Source: a virus (taxonomy: Duplodnaviria; Caudoviricetes). Taken from it: a DNA stretch of 64,000 bases. The stretch's first letter is position 1, and the number at the start of each line of letters is the position of its first letter. The stretch is from positions 32,001 to 96,000 of the IMG/VR virus record IMGVR_UViG_3300027563_000002; one strand, given 5' to 3'. The notes beneath the pieces are model-generated. The model was not told where the DNA came from. It ran no database searches and worked only from the letters and a program-made list of their open reading frames with translations. The translations under genes and the position numbers were made by a program. Positions 36,931-46,925 of this stretch are shown here, in pieces.

Positions 36931-37052
36931 AAGGGATCCTTGTTTTTAAACGCAGTCATGATCTTGATCTGAATTCTTTTTGCAAACTCAGGTTGTGGAA
37001 AATTCCAACCTATGAAGGCTCCTAGCGCCAACCAAAATAGTGTTTCTAACAT
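36927..37052 (-). CDS. 41-aa membrane protein (MLETLFWLALGAFIGWNFPQPEFAK...)
   Basis: AGGAG RBS; ATGA overlap downstream; not in ORF track. Confidence 0.75.
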   Translation of the reverse strand: MLETLFWLALGAFIGWNFPQPEFAKRIQIKIMTAFKNKDPL

Positions 37053-37064
37053 GATTTATCTCCT

Positions 37065-37502
37065 TTAAATTTCTGGATAGTCAGGCTCAGGTGGTGCTTT
37101 TTTACCGCCAAATCCTGTGGTGATGGCTGCAGGAGCAGCGGGTTCAATTTTTGTGCTGCTTGGTGCAGGTGCAAATGTTACCGCTGGAGCAGAGGTTGGC
37201 AACGGTGTACCTGACAGTGTGGGATTCACAGCCGCGCCGGCCAGTTTTTCTTGTGTGCGACCAAATGCCGCAATACCCAGCACCGCACCCATGGCAATGT
37301 GGAACAGGCCTGCACCTTGCAAGGTGAGTGGCTGCCACTGTGTGATTGAGGTATTTTGAAACATCTGCAACAAAGCCCACAGTACCGGGAACACTGCCAT
37401 GTCCAGAGTACAGATACCCATGTACATCCATCCCATGGCAGGGCGCCATTTCTTCTGCATCCAATCTTCGTCTTTCTTTTCTGGTTTTTGTTCTTCTGAC
37501 AT
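37065..37502 (-). CDS. Holin-like protein (GTA 3TM holin-type)
   Basis: WRPAMGWMY, TM segments, GIAAFGRTQEK; in lysis region. Confidence 0.7.
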   Translation of the reverse strand: MSEEQKPEKKDEDWMQKKWRPAMGWMYMGICTLDMAVFPVLWALLQMFQNTSITQWQPLTLQGAGLFHIAMGAVLGIAAFGRTQEKLAGAAVNPTLSGTPLPTSAPAVTFAPAPSSTKIEPAAPAAITTGFGGKKAPPEPDYPEI

Positions 37503-37586
37503 GTGGGGCTCCTTTTGAATATTTATGTAGTTTGAGGTCAGATAACTGCTGTGTAATATTTAGGCACTAGGCATTTAAATAATAGC

Positions 37587-37730
37587 ATGGCCCAATCTAC
37601 CATTGATCAACTGTACAAATTTCTTTCTAATGTCAAACGTCCTTGTTTGTTTCTTGTGTCAGTGTTCGGCATGTTTCTAGTGATATCTATCATAGTATTG
37701 AGTGCTGTGTGGTTTTACGTTCGCCGTTAG
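37587..37730 (+). CDS. 47-aa single-TM protein (MAQSTIDQLYKFLSNVKRPCLFLVSVFGMFLVISIIVLSAVWFYVRR)
   Basis: TAAATA at 37576-37581, 5 nt before ATG; fills the gap. Confidence 0.55.
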   Translation: MAQSTIDQLYKFLSNVKRPCLFLVSVFGMFLVISIIVLSAVWFYVRR

Positions 37731-37733
37731 GGG

Positions 37734-38558
37734 TCAGTCACTGGATTCATTCAATTTTTTCTCGCGTTGACGTTGTTCCAAAAACTCTTGATATTCTTGC
37801 AATCGTCGTTGACGTTCAAACCACTCTTGTTTTTCCACTGCTTCTAGTGTGTCTCTGTATCTGGTGTCAGTTACACCACCCCAGCGACGCTGTGCATCAT
37901 GGGCAATGTACATGAACATGCCCATCATGGCAAATATCAACACAATTGATGCAATGCCCAGGGCAATCTCAAATTGATATTTCTGCATGCGTTGGCGTTT
38001 GCGATGAGCTCGTTCAAATTCACGGGCCATGAGCACTTTTTGTTCTTTGCCCATTTCTTTGGTCATACTTTCAACTTCGGTGAATAGCGCACCCAATTCA
38101 GGCGGGCTCTGATAAGTCATGAGTTCGCGCAGTTCCTTGCCCATGGCCTCAAGTTGCTTTTGCATCATCACACGTTTCAGCGCACGTTTGGCCAGACTGT
38201 CACCTCCGGAGTACACTTCTGTTTTTGATCGCTTTTCTTCATCTTCCAGCACTGCTAGGCACTTGAAATAGTTGTCGTAGTAGGTGCCCAGGGCATCGCC
38301 AATTTCGGTGTAGATATTGGTACTTTCTTCACTGCGTCGGTTGAGTTCGGTGACACGAGTTTTTTCTTCGTTGAGTTGTTTCACAGCCGCTGGTGGCACA
38401 GGCTTGCCATCGTACTTTTTGTGAAACTGATCGTCAAGATCTCGAAGCACACCTTTGACATCGCCAGCGGCTGATTTGATGTCCTTGTACAGTTGACATC
38501 CTTTTTTCACAGCCGCAACAGCCGTGTTGGCCAAGGCAAATAGTGTTAGTGGATCCAT
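37734..38558 (-). CDS. Coiled-coil protein with one TM segment
   Basis: MDPLTLFALA start; TM IALGIASIVLIFAMMGMFMYI. Confidence 0.75.
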   Translation of the reverse strand: MDPLTLFALANTAVAAVKKGCQLYKDIKSAAGDVKGVLRDLDDQFHKKYDGKPVPPAAVKQLNEEKTRVTELNRRSEESTNIYTEIGDALGTYYDNYFKCLAVLEDEEKRSKTEVYSGGDSLAKRALKRVMMQKQLEAMGKELRELMTYQSPPELGALFTEVESMTKEMGKEQKVLMAREFERAHRKRQRMQKYQFEIALGIASIVLIFAMMGMFMYIAHDAQRRWGGVTDTRYRDTLEAVEKQEWFERQRRLQEYQEFLEQRQREKKLNESSD

Positions 38559-38681
38559 TGTTCGTGCTCATGCCACTACGCTGGTGGCTAGAGTATTTAA
38601 CGGATCCTGGCGCTAGATTAATGCGCCGTTGTAGATAAAAGTTAACCTTGCCAGGCGCCGCCGGCAACGTTTATTGCCATA

Positions 38682-39296
38682 TTATACTCCCATAATGTGT
38701 AAGGCGTGTTCGTAGTGCCGGATACGATCCTCTAATCCAATGTATCCGCCATTGATCTTCTTGGTCATTTTCTTGATGTCGCCAGCATCGGCTTCCACAT
38801 TCAAGTTGTTTGTTTCCCAGAACCAGCAGGCTGATTGTGCGGCACCTTCGAATGTGCCCAGGTATTCTGCGGCTTCTTCGGGTGAAATTTCCAAGCTGGC
38901 AGCAAAGTTTTCATAGTTACTTCGGCCAGTCAACTGGATAAGTCCACGTCCGCAGTAGCGATATCCGTCCCCAGAGTGTTCGTCGCCGTTGCCCATGCGT
39001 GATGCATACACTCGGTTGGCAATCATTTCTGGCCGTTTGGCATAGGCATTGGCCAACACATCCGTGGGAAAATATTTGGCAAACACTGTGCGCAGACTGG
39101 CGGCTTTGTAGTTCAAGTTTTCTTTGATAAATCGAAATCCACCTGACTCATGTGCGCACTGTGCTATGAAGGCAGCAATGCGATGGGGTGTGTTGATTTC
39201 ATAGTCTGGCAGTAACTGATCCAAGGCTTCATACCAATGCTCAGCATGGGGGATGCCTGGTACCATTTGTTTTAATTGACCAATTGTTAGTTCCAT
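38682..39296 (-). CDS. Glycoside hydrolase family 19 endolysin
   Basis: AAFIAQCAHESGGF, ENLNY, YCGRGLIQLTGRSNY, TKKINGGYIGLEDR. Confidence 0.93.
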   Translation of the reverse strand: MELTIGQLKQMVPGIPHAEHWYEALDQLLPDYEINTPHRIAAFIAQCAHESGGFRFIKENLNYKAASLRTVFAKYFPTDVLANAYAKRPEMIANRVYASRMGNGDEHSGDGYRYCGRGLIQLTGRSNYENFAASLEISPEEAAEYLGTFEGAAQSACWFWETNNLNVEADAGDIKKMTKKINGGYIGLEDRIRHYEHALHIMGV

Positions 39297-39306
39297 GGGT
39301 GGCTCC

Positions 39307-39567
39307 TTATTTTATGTTGTTGAATATTTGTTGTTGTTTTTGATACCATTCAATCCAGGCATCTGTTTTGACCGCACACTCATAGTAGGTGCCATAGTTT
39401 ATTGTCACAGTTTTGGCAACATCACTTAGTTGAGCATCTTCGGCAATTTTTTGCAATTGTGGACAACGAGACAATGCAAGGCCACTGGGTGCGTCGGGAA
39501 ATGTGCTTGTGACAGGTACCACAGTGCCACATCCAGTCAACAACAATGATAACAGCAAGACTTTCAT
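39307..39567 (-). CDS. Outer-membrane spanin (Rz1-like lipoprotein)
   Basis: Lipobox LLTG-C, FPDAP, C...YYECA..WIEWY. Confidence 0.75.
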   Translation of the reverse strand: MKVLLLSLLLTGCGTVVPVTSTFPDAPSGLALSRCPQLQKIAEDAQLSDVAKTVTINYGTYYECAVKTDAWIEWYQKQQQIFNNIK

Positions 39568-40295
39568 CAGCAGTTCCAACGACGACGGGCTTTGCATATG
39601 GCCTTGTCAGGAGTCTTGGCACAACTGATGCTGTGCATTTTCATTTGTCCACGACTGCGGCTGCAATAACTTTTTCTACGCTTGGATGCCTTACTACCAC
39701 GTTTGAGTTTTGAGGGTTTGGTAGTCACAGCAGTTTTTAATTTTGAGCCAGGATTTTCTCTACGGTAAGCATTCACAGCCTTTTGACTCATGCCTGCAGT
39801 ACGATCACGCTTGTTGGCTTTTTGCCAATCTTCTGTTACACCTTGCTGACTGTACATATCCATTAGTTGTCGAACATAAAAATTATAAAAACCACGACGG
39901 CCGTTGTATTCTCTGTTTCCCAGCACAGTTTTTAGTGCGGCTACAGCATCATTTGATTCTGAACCCTGCATTATTTTTAATGCGTCAGTGACCAGCGAAT
40001 CAACTTGTTGTGTGTTTTCCGCTATGTCTTGTGATTCCATAATGGGCTCTGACGTCACAGCAAAAGCATACAGTTCATCTTCTGTGAGTGTTTCCAAATC
40101 CTCCCAGATCACTTCAGCATCCACACCGTTGTGCTCGGCCAGGCGTTCAATGATTGATTCAATAAGATCAAACTCTTGCTCAAGCTCTGCGCTTTCGTTC
40201 TTGGGCTTCTTGCCGGCTTTTTTCATGGCAATGGCAATGGCCGCTTGCTGCGGATGTGCCGACTTGGCTTCTGTTACAATTTCAGTTATTTTCAT
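39567..40295 (-). CDS. Modular putative head-packaged protein with basic C-terminal domain
   Basis: MKITEIVTE start; QDIAE and QGVTE flank an insert; YRRENPGSKLKTAVT..RRKSYC..RWNC. Confidence 0.8.
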   Translation of the reverse strand: MKITEIVTEAKSAHPQQAAIAIAMKKAGKKPKNESAELEQEFDLIESIIERLAEHNGVDAEVIWEDLETLTEDELYAFAVTSEPIMESQDIAENTQQVDSLVTDALKIMQGSESNDAVAALKTVLGNREYNGRRGFYNFYVRQLMDMYSQQGVTEDWQKANKRDRTAGMSQKAVNAYRRENPGSKLKTAVTTKPSKLKRGSKASKRRKSYCSRSRGQMKMHSISCAKTPDKAICKARRRWNC

Positions 40296-40738
40296 TTGGG
40301 CGCCTCTGCTGCATCATTGATGGCTTTGACAAACTCTCGAGGAAGTTCGCATTGCGCACCAGGTGCAAATTTTGTATCGTATTTTATCACTTCACGGTCA
40401 ACATATTTCACAATGTCTTCGCCGCGTGTTCGAATCACCTGGGTCTTGGTCACAACCCGGGTCTTCACAGTTTCATTGACTTTTTGTGATTCGGCCTTTG
40501 CTTCTGCAACTTTTTGTTCCATTTTGGCCACACGCTCGCGCCATTCCATTTCAATGCTGAGACCACCTCGAAAATACACGCCAGCAACCAACAGTGCGAT
40601 GCCCAGGACTTGTGTGGGCGTTCGATATTGGGCCAGCAACGGCAAAAAAGAAATGGTGGTGGTCACTATGCCGGCCAGCAACAATGCCGTAGTCACAAAC
40701 AAAATTAAAGATTCGGGTAAGAAGTGCAAGATCCACAT
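40292..40738 (-). CDS. Inner-membrane spanin-like protein
   Basis: N-terminal TM segments, coiled coil, C-terminal C-x-LP...NDAA. Confidence 0.65.
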   Translation of the reverse strand: MWILHFLPESLILFVTTALLLAGIVTTTISFLPLLAQYRTPTQVLGIALLVAGVYFRGGLSIEMEWRERVAKMEQKVAEAKAESQKVNETVKTRVVTKTQVIRTRGEDIVKYVDREVIKYDTKFAPGAQCELPREFVKAINDAAEAPK

Positions 40739-40815
40739 GCTGTTATTTAGTTGCTGTATCAAACATCCGCTGCTGGAAATGCCTGCTGCGGCCGGGCAAA
40801 ACTATAAGTACAGCT

Positions 40816-41958
40816 ATGAATGTATTGATTTTGACTCCTGATCGCACCGGAAGTTCTTTGTTGTTGAATTTGATCACTATCTATATGCAATTTCATGAAT
40901 ATGATCATCCAGTGCTGTCATATTATGATTTAGGCTATGGATTGGTCAAATACTATAGTGATGTCTTCAACAATGAAGTTTTAGACAGTGCAAGGCAGTT
41001 TGATGATTGTGATCAAACGCTGCCAGAAATACGTGATCTTTTGAAATCAGTTTATCATTATAAAACCAGCAGACTTAGTTTTGCCACTATTCAACGACGC
41101 CAAGACAGTGTGGCTGATCAAATGAAATTTTATCAGTATCTGAATGAAAATTTTTTTATTATCAGCGCAAGGCGGGAAAATTTATTTGAACACGCATTAA
41201 GTTCGTGCATAAAAATTCACACCAAACTCGGTAACGCATCTGATCCGCATCAAAAATTCAACCTATTTGCAGATGTTTATAAAAACAAAATACTGATCAG
41301 TAAAGAAAATATCCACAAACATCTTGACCAGTACCAACAATATTTAAAATGGTGCAATGATCATTTTGATATTGGCAGTTATTTTTATTACGATAAAAAT
41401 ATTTCAAACATTGAACAGTACATACTGCAACTCCCAATTTTTGACAACCAGCGTCAAAAAATTTCTTGGAAAAATAAGTTTGATATTGAATTCAATGAAT
41501 GGAACAAGGTCAATTATCTGATCAGTGATCTGAGTGGCTTGAGTCAGCAATTGTTATTGACTAACACTGATACACCACCGTTGACCGATCATGGTGAAAA
41601 TATACCTAAGTGGCAGTTGTCAGTGACTGAAAATCACAAAAAGATTGTGTCAAGTCTAAATCAAACAGATGTTGAATTTTTAAAAAAACACGCTAGAAAA
41701 TTTGTGCAGGCCAACAATAACCTAGATGAATTGATGGACTACAAGATACTAGAAAGACCCATGCAGGTCAAACTGCAGACCATGATCGAAAAGAAGCTGA
41801 GTATCAAAAACTTTGATCAATGTGTAGAATGGTATAATGAATGGGTCACTGCCAACAATTTTGGCCAAATCTATTCAGAGGACACTGCTTATCAATCCGA
41901 AATCAACGAACTCAAAAGTTGGCATGCGGCCAATATTTTAGAATATCATCAGCAATGA
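40816..41958 (+). CDS. Sulfotransferase-like P-loop protein, paralogue 1
   Basis: TPDRTGSSLL, RRENLFEHALS; AT-rich. Confidence 0.55.
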   Translation: MNVLILTPDRTGSSLLLNLITIYMQFHEYDHPVLSYYDLGYGLVKYYSDVFNNEVLDSARQFDDCDQTLPEIRDLLKSVYHYKTSRLSFATIQRRQDSVADQMKFYQYLNENFFIISARRENLFEHALSSCIKIHTKLGNASDPHQKFNLFADVYKNKILISKENIHKHLDQYQQYLKWCNDHFDIGSYFYYDKNISNIEQYILQLPIFDNQRQKISWKNKFDIEFNEWNKVNYLISDLSGLSQQLLLTNTDTPPLTDHGENIPKWQLSVTENHKKIVSSLNQTDVEFLKKHARKFVQANNNLDELMDYKILERPMQVKLQTMIEKKLSIKNFDQCVEWYNEWVTANNFGQIYSEDTAYQSEINELKSWHAANILEYHQQ

Positions 41959-41968
41959 TACCTACTTA

Positions 41969-43213
41969 ATGAACGTTCTAATTCTCACGCCAGATGCAGT
42001 AGGCAGCACTTTATTGCAACGCATGTTGACCATTTACATGCAATTTCATAATTTTGGCCGTCCTGTTATTAACCTACACGAACTGACCAATGGGCTTGCT
42101 AGATACTACAGCCCCGAATTCAATCAAGAATTGGTCAGTAAACATGCCTTAAAAAAATGGGGATATCATCAGTCACTGGAACAAGTGGTTGAGGTGTTGA
42201 GCAGTGTTGATCATTACAAAACATCAAGACTTGCACACTACCATATTGTTCAACGCGGGGACTCCCAGGCTCAACAAATTCCATTTTACAATTATCTCAA
42301 TGAGAATTTTTTCATAATTGCCTGCCGGCGTGAGAACGTGTTCGAGCATGCTGTTAGCATGACTCTCAATACTGTGACAAAGAAACTCAATGTGTACAAT
42401 GTGTATGAAAAAGTAGACACTTTTTATGACATGTACAAATCCGGGGTGGTATTAGATGCGGCAGTATTTGAGCGTAAGTTGGACGCATACAAGAAATATG
42501 TGATCTGGAGCGAACAGCATTTTGATATTGGTGCATATTTCAATTACGAAAAAGATGTGCCAAGACTTGAACAATACATCCTAAACCTGCCGGTATTTGC
42601 TGCACAGAACAATCTTGTGACCTGGGATCAAAATTTTGGGATTAGTTTCAATGACTGGAATCAAGTCCACTATATCCGCAGTGACCCGGCTGCACTGACG
42701 TGCATGCCCAGTCAGACCAGTGAAAAATTGTTGTTGACCATTGCAGACCCAGTGACCGAGTACCAACAACACAGTCGATTCGAAATGCCCGCTGTTAATT
42801 CAGCAGCGGACCTGGCGGCCTTGCCCCCGGATGTGGCCGAAACCTGGGCTAGTGACACAGTCAGTCGCATAGGACTAGTGCCTTTTCTTAACAGAGACTA
42901 TCAACTAAGACTAAAGAAATATCAAGCTGGCTACGAAAAGGCGCAGGCCACAATAGAGCAAATGAAGCAATTGGGCATAATATTCACTGGTCCACCCATT
43001 AAAAAACAAACCCTAGGTGACAAACACCGAATAATTAAAAATTTCGACGAATTGATCCAAGTCTATAATCAATGGCATGAGATCAATCCCGAATTTGGCC
43101 AGGCCATGAGCAGTGAAATCATGCAGAGTCAGATATCGCAAGAATATGACTTTTGGCATTCAATTACTAATTCAGCAGATTCTGCACCTGCTTTGCCACC
43201 CAGTCAGCAGTGA
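41969..43213 (+). CDS. Sulfotransferase-like P-loop protein, paralogue 2
   Basis: TPDAVGSTLL, RRENVFEHAVS; colinear with paralogue 1. Confidence 0.55.
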   Translation: MNVLILTPDAVGSTLLQRMLTIYMQFHNFGRPVINLHELTNGLARYYSPEFNQELVSKHALKKWGYHQSLEQVVEVLSSVDHYKTSRLAHYHIVQRGDSQAQQIPFYNYLNENFFIIACRRENVFEHAVSMTLNTVTKKLNVYNVYEKVDTFYDMYKSGVVLDAAVFERKLDAYKKYVIWSEQHFDIGAYFNYEKDVPRLEQYILNLPVFAAQNNLVTWDQNFGISFNDWNQVHYIRSDPAALTCMPSQTSEKLLLTIADPVTEYQQHSRFEMPAVNSAADLAALPPDVAETWASDTVSRIGLVPFLNRDYQLRLKKYQAGYEKAQATIEQMKQLGIIFTGPPIKKQTLGDKHRIIKNFDELIQVYNQWHEINPEFGQAMSSEIMQSQISQEYDFWHSITNSADSAPALPPSQQ

Positions 43214-44030
43214 CTATATCAAAGTGATGCCCGTCACGTGCTCGATCCAGATATTCCACTCTGATGACATCAGCTAGATACTTGGGATTTTGCTGTAGTA
43301 TGGTGTAGAATTCCAACAGTTGGTCTATATCTATACCATGCAGTGTGCGCAGTTCAGCCGCAATAGCAGAAGACAAATCTTGGAATTCTTCAAGAGTTGG
43401 CGGCAACAACTGTGGCCAACTGGGATCACGTATTCTTTTCCAAGCAGCGTCATCAAATGATGTAACAAAGTTGGGAATCACAAGTTCTATTATATTCGAA
43501 CTGGCACAGTATACGCGAACTTGTTTTCTACAGGAATAAAAATTTTCAAAATCTTGGAGCATGGTTGATCGGACAAAATGCAATCGTCGATTCAGGTCAG
43601 ACTGGTTACGGTTGACATTTTCTCTACGATGCGGATAACTCCACATCAGTACCATGTTGCGTGGTTGTGCCAGGTCATATGCATCACATGCCTGGCGAGC
43701 CATCCATTCATTGCTGGCTCCGTCCATGCTTACGTTGATCACACGACGCTGACTGTGTTGGCTCAGTACCTGGGACCAGGTGTGCTCAACACAACTGCCA
43801 AGGCCCACAGTGAAGCTGTCGCCAATGCACCACACAGCTGAATTCAAATCCTGAGGCCATTCCTGATCTCGAAATCCTCGGCTGTTGTAGTTGTAATTCA
43901 CAGGGTGCGGCCATTGACGAAATAAATTTTTGTCCAGGCACCTATTAAGACTGTCTATGCCAGAATTAGTAGACTGCTGGTTGACCAATTTTGATATTAT
44001 TAACTTGCTGATCTCTAATTTGTTATTCAA
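43167..44030 (-). CDS. SGNH/GDSL-like hypothetical protein
   Basis: YNSRGFRD, IGDSFTVG, NVSMDGASN, RDGHH. Confidence 0.65.
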   Translation of the reverse strand: MNNKLEISKLIISKLVNQQSTNSGIDSLNRCLDKNLFRQWPHPVNYNYNSRGFRDQEWPQDLNSAVWCIGDSFTVGLGSCVEHTWSQVLSQHSQRRVINVSMDGASNEWMARQACDAYDLAQPRNMVLMWSYPHRRENVNRNQSDLNRRLHFVRSTMLQDFENFYSCRKQVRVYCASSNIIELVIPNFVTSFDDAAWKRIRDPSWPQLLPPTLEEFQDLSSAIAAELRTLHGIDIDQLLEFYTILQQNPKYLADVIRVEYLDRARDGHHFDIVTADWVAKQVQNLLN

Positions 44031-44832
44031 GGCCTAGGCTTTTTCTTATATTGGTCGCAGAGATATTGGTAATGGCTTGATCAAATGATTCCTGCTCAAT
44101 CTTGTAACCTACGTCTCGACCATATGTGATGTTGACAATGTTGGGCACCACTTGAATTTCGTACTGTCCTTGATACATCATGTCTAGATCTCTGCGTATA
44201 TAATTCTTTACTTGATCAATGGCAAATGGATTTGATCCTTGCCAGCCCTGACAGTCTCTGATTTGTATCACAACTTGTCCGGTTTTGGCAATAGCACGTT
44301 CAAATAACGCACGATGGCCCGCATGCCAGGGCTGCCAGCGGCCCAGCATTTGCACAGTTTCCCGCTGCCAGTCAAACACAGGCCTACGACGATTGTCTAG
44401 AATATGCGCAGCAATGAATTCTCCCCATTTTTCACCATGTTGTTCGGTGATTCTAAAGTCGTAGACTTCGGGAGCAACAAAGGCCCGATTTGTGTCCTCG
44501 TAGCGGCCACGGTCAATGGTGTCAACCCATATGGTCCAGTCGGCTTTGAAGTTGTTGCGCATTTCTACCAAGGGTGCCACAAAGTCACAGATCACATAGT
44601 CTGTGTCTGTCATTGCATCTGCTAGACTACGCATACGCACACTTTGACGAATACGCCCGGCGTCGCTGAAATCCCAGTCGTTATGCTCTTTACGCACATC
44701 GTCGGCATTGAGCCAGCGCACACGTTTCTTTTCGGCCTGCAAGTGCTCGAGTATCTGCTGTGCCAGATAAGTTTTGCCTGCACCGGGCAAGCCCATGATC
44801 AAAATACGTTGTGTGATTTTTGTGTTACTCAT
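44023..44832 (-). CDS. cysC: Adenylylsulfate kinase-like domain fused to a HIGH nucleotidyltransferase domain
   Basis: GLPGAGKT, NADDVR, DFSDAGRIRQ; GRWQPWHAGH, ISATNIR. Confidence 0.8.
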   Translation of the reverse strand: MSNTKITQRILIMGLPGAGKTYLAQQILEHLQAEKKRVRWLNADDVRKEHNDWDFSDAGRIRQSVRMRSLADAMTDTDYVICDFVAPLVEMRNNFKADWTIWVDTIDRGRYEDTNRAFVAPEVYDFRITEQHGEKWGEFIAAHILDNRRRPVFDWQRETVQMLGRWQPWHAGHRALFERAIAKTGQVVIQIRDCQGWQGSNPFAIDQVKNYIRRDLDMMYQGQYEIQVVPNIVNITYGRDVGYKIEQESFDQAITNISATNIRKSLGLE

Positions 44833-44835
44833 AAT

Positions 44836-45636
44836 TCAAATATTGATGCCAATTTTTTCCAACAATTCTGTGGGGTGCAACTTTTTCCAATGGTTTATCA
44901 AATCTAGTTGTGGTTTATTTATGGGAGGAATACCCAGTATATCCACCAATGTGTTGCCATTGCTGTTGACCAAGTCTTGAAGTTTGATCACTGCATCAGC
45001 ATGGTGTAAAAGTGGTAACATAGCTTGATCTACCAAGGTGTTTTTGTATAATCCAGCGCCAAAAGGCACTCCGTCCAAGTAGTCAGACAACAGTTTTAAT
45101 ATATCTTGCGTGTACTCTGACTCAAGAATTTCTTTATAAATTGGAGCGGGCAGCTGGTGTAGACGCCTTGGACTCACACGAGATGGCCAACCGGAACTCC
45201 TTATACCACAGTAATGCATGTTCCATCGGTCAACCAGGTTTCCATATGATCTTCTTATAAAATTATGTTTGGGATAATTCTGCCACCACAATGATTTTTT
45301 ATAAAATGCCAAGTCAGCTTGACTGTGGATGTCTGTATATAATATTAAACTTTTTGCATGGCATTGAGTAAAAAGAAAATTATTTTCCAATCCCGGATTA
45401 CAAAAAAAATAAAGACGACCAGCTTGAGTGTCAGCAGATAATGTCCGTGAGTTGTTGGGACATGTTTCGGATTTTTTCCAATCACTGTGATTTTTTATAT
45501 CCCATTGACTGTTGATTATATTTTGCAAAGAATCATCAGAATCAAAGGCTGTGTAGAATTTGCCCGACAGTAACAACAGGTGCAGCAATAAAAATCCACC
45601 AGACCCACCACTGTAACCAATTTTTATATCTTGCAT
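44836..45636 (-). CDS. Hypothetical protein
   Basis: YSGGSGG N-terminal loop; AT-rich. Confidence 0.6.
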   Translation of the reverse strand: MQDIKIGYSGGSGGFLLLHLLLLSGKFYTAFDSDDSLQNIINSQWDIKNHSDWKKSETCPNNSRTLSADTQAGRLYFFCNPGLENNFLFTQCHAKSLILYTDIHSQADLAFYKKSLWWQNYPKHNFIRRSYGNLVDRWNMHYCGIRSSGWPSRVSPRRLHQLPAPIYKEILESEYTQDILKLLSDYLDGVPFGAGLYKNTLVDQAMLPLLHHADAVIKLQDLVNSNGNTLVDILGIPPINKPQLDLINHWKKLHPTELLEKIGINI

Positions 45637-45648
45637 TTTATTTTGAAT

Positions 45649-46308
45649 TTACAGCGGTAAATGTGCCAAAAAGTCATTTGTTTTGGCAGTGACAACACCA
45701 GTAAGCTGTAGTGTGACTCTGGCATGATGTCCAGCATTGGCCGTGCAGTGCGGAATATTGCGCCAGTCAAATGTGGTCACTGAGCCGGCACGCCATTGAT
45801 TCCAGTGGTGGTTACCATATTCCCAAAACTGTCCTGGCTGCCAGTCTGTGAGCTGGACGAAAATTCTCATCACACTCTCAGGCGCATCAGGCGCCCATTT
45901 GTACAACTTGTCAATGTGCAGATTCCACACCTGTCCTGGACGTTGCACATGTATGCGATTCATGCAATCCTCAAGGCCAAATGCGTCACTGATGGCCTGC
46001 AGTCGTGGTCCCAGGCGCCAGGACAAGTCTGTAATGACCACCTTGGGGTCAACACCCACACGCTCGAGATCATATTCTTCTTCGGCTAATTCGGGTCTGG
46101 GAATATACATGCCTTCGCCTTTGAAACCGCGTGTTTCCCAGGTGGCCGGCTGCGATTCAGACAAAATCTGTTGTAGTTCATCTTGCCAATCAGGCTCAAT
46201 GTGTCCCAATAAAATAATCACATCATCCCGAGCATCGACCTGGGCAGGATCAAAATGATAGGTGCTGTTGGCACGTAGTCGATCCCAACTGCTAGATTTT
46301 TGTGTCAT
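45649..46308 (-). CDS. 2-oxoglutarate/Fe(II) oxygenase-like protein
   Basis: LHID...PHCTAN...RVTLQ (HxD..H..R). Confidence 0.75.
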   Translation of the reverse strand: MTQKSSSWDRLRANSTYHFDPAQVDARDDVIILLGHIEPDWQDELQQILSESQPATWETRGFKGEGMYIPRPELAEEEYDLERVGVDPKVVITDLSWRLGPRLQAISDAFGLEDCMNRIHVQRPGQVWNLHIDKLYKWAPDAPESVMRIFVQLTDWQPGQFWEYGNHHWNQWRAGSVTTFDWRNIPHCTANAGHHARVTLQLTGVVTAKTNDFLAHLPL

Positions 46309-46925
46309 ATTACTGTTACCCTCACGTCTGATTGGCCATAGTTTTGATAATAATCAACTGGTGGTTTGATATTTAACGTTTTGGCCAACATCACATTGTC
46401 CAAAGGATTACAACCAGCTGAGTTCATCATGGCCTTGACAAGATTTTGATTTTGTTGTTTGATACGTTGAGCCATCACACGTAAATTTTGATAGTACTGT
46501 GCATAGTCGGGATAGGTAATGTCAAAGTGTCCGCACTTGACCCACCAGCCCAGACAAGCATCGTCGCCACGATGCACCAACACAATGGGTGCATCAGGCC
46601 AGGTTCTACGTAAAAAATCCAGATGATCGCAAAATACATGACTTTTCACAATACGAATTCCCTGGCCCTGAGAATCAAAAGGTTGATCAAACAGTTGTTC
46701 CAGTTGTTCTTTGCTGAGTGTGGTGATATCCTCAGGCAAGTGCGACTCCATGCCAGGGTCAAAATACGCACCCAGGTGCATGAGATCCATGTCACCGCCA
46801 GCATCATGATAATAGGTCCATTCATCTCTGTAGTCTGAACGATCAATGTCAGGACTGTAGTAGATGTTTTTGACCACACTGCTCCATTTTGAGCCCGGGG
46901 CACCGGCTACGAATATGTATTTCAT
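46305..46925 (-). CDS. Sulfotransferase-like P-loop protein
   Basis: GAPGSKWSSV, IVKSH, VLVHR; start 46925 overlaps upstream stop. Confidence 0.55.
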   Translation of the reverse strand: MKYIFVAGAPGSKWSSVVKNIYYSPDIDRSDYRDEWTYYHDAGGDMDLMHLGAYFDPGMESHLPEDITTLSKEQLEQLFDQPFDSQGQGIRIVKSHVFCDHLDFLRRTWPDAPIVLVHRGDDACLGWWVKCGHFDITYPDYAQYYQNLRVMAQRIKQQNQNLVKAMMNSAGCNPLDNVMLAKTLNIKPPVDYYQNYGQSDVRVTVI

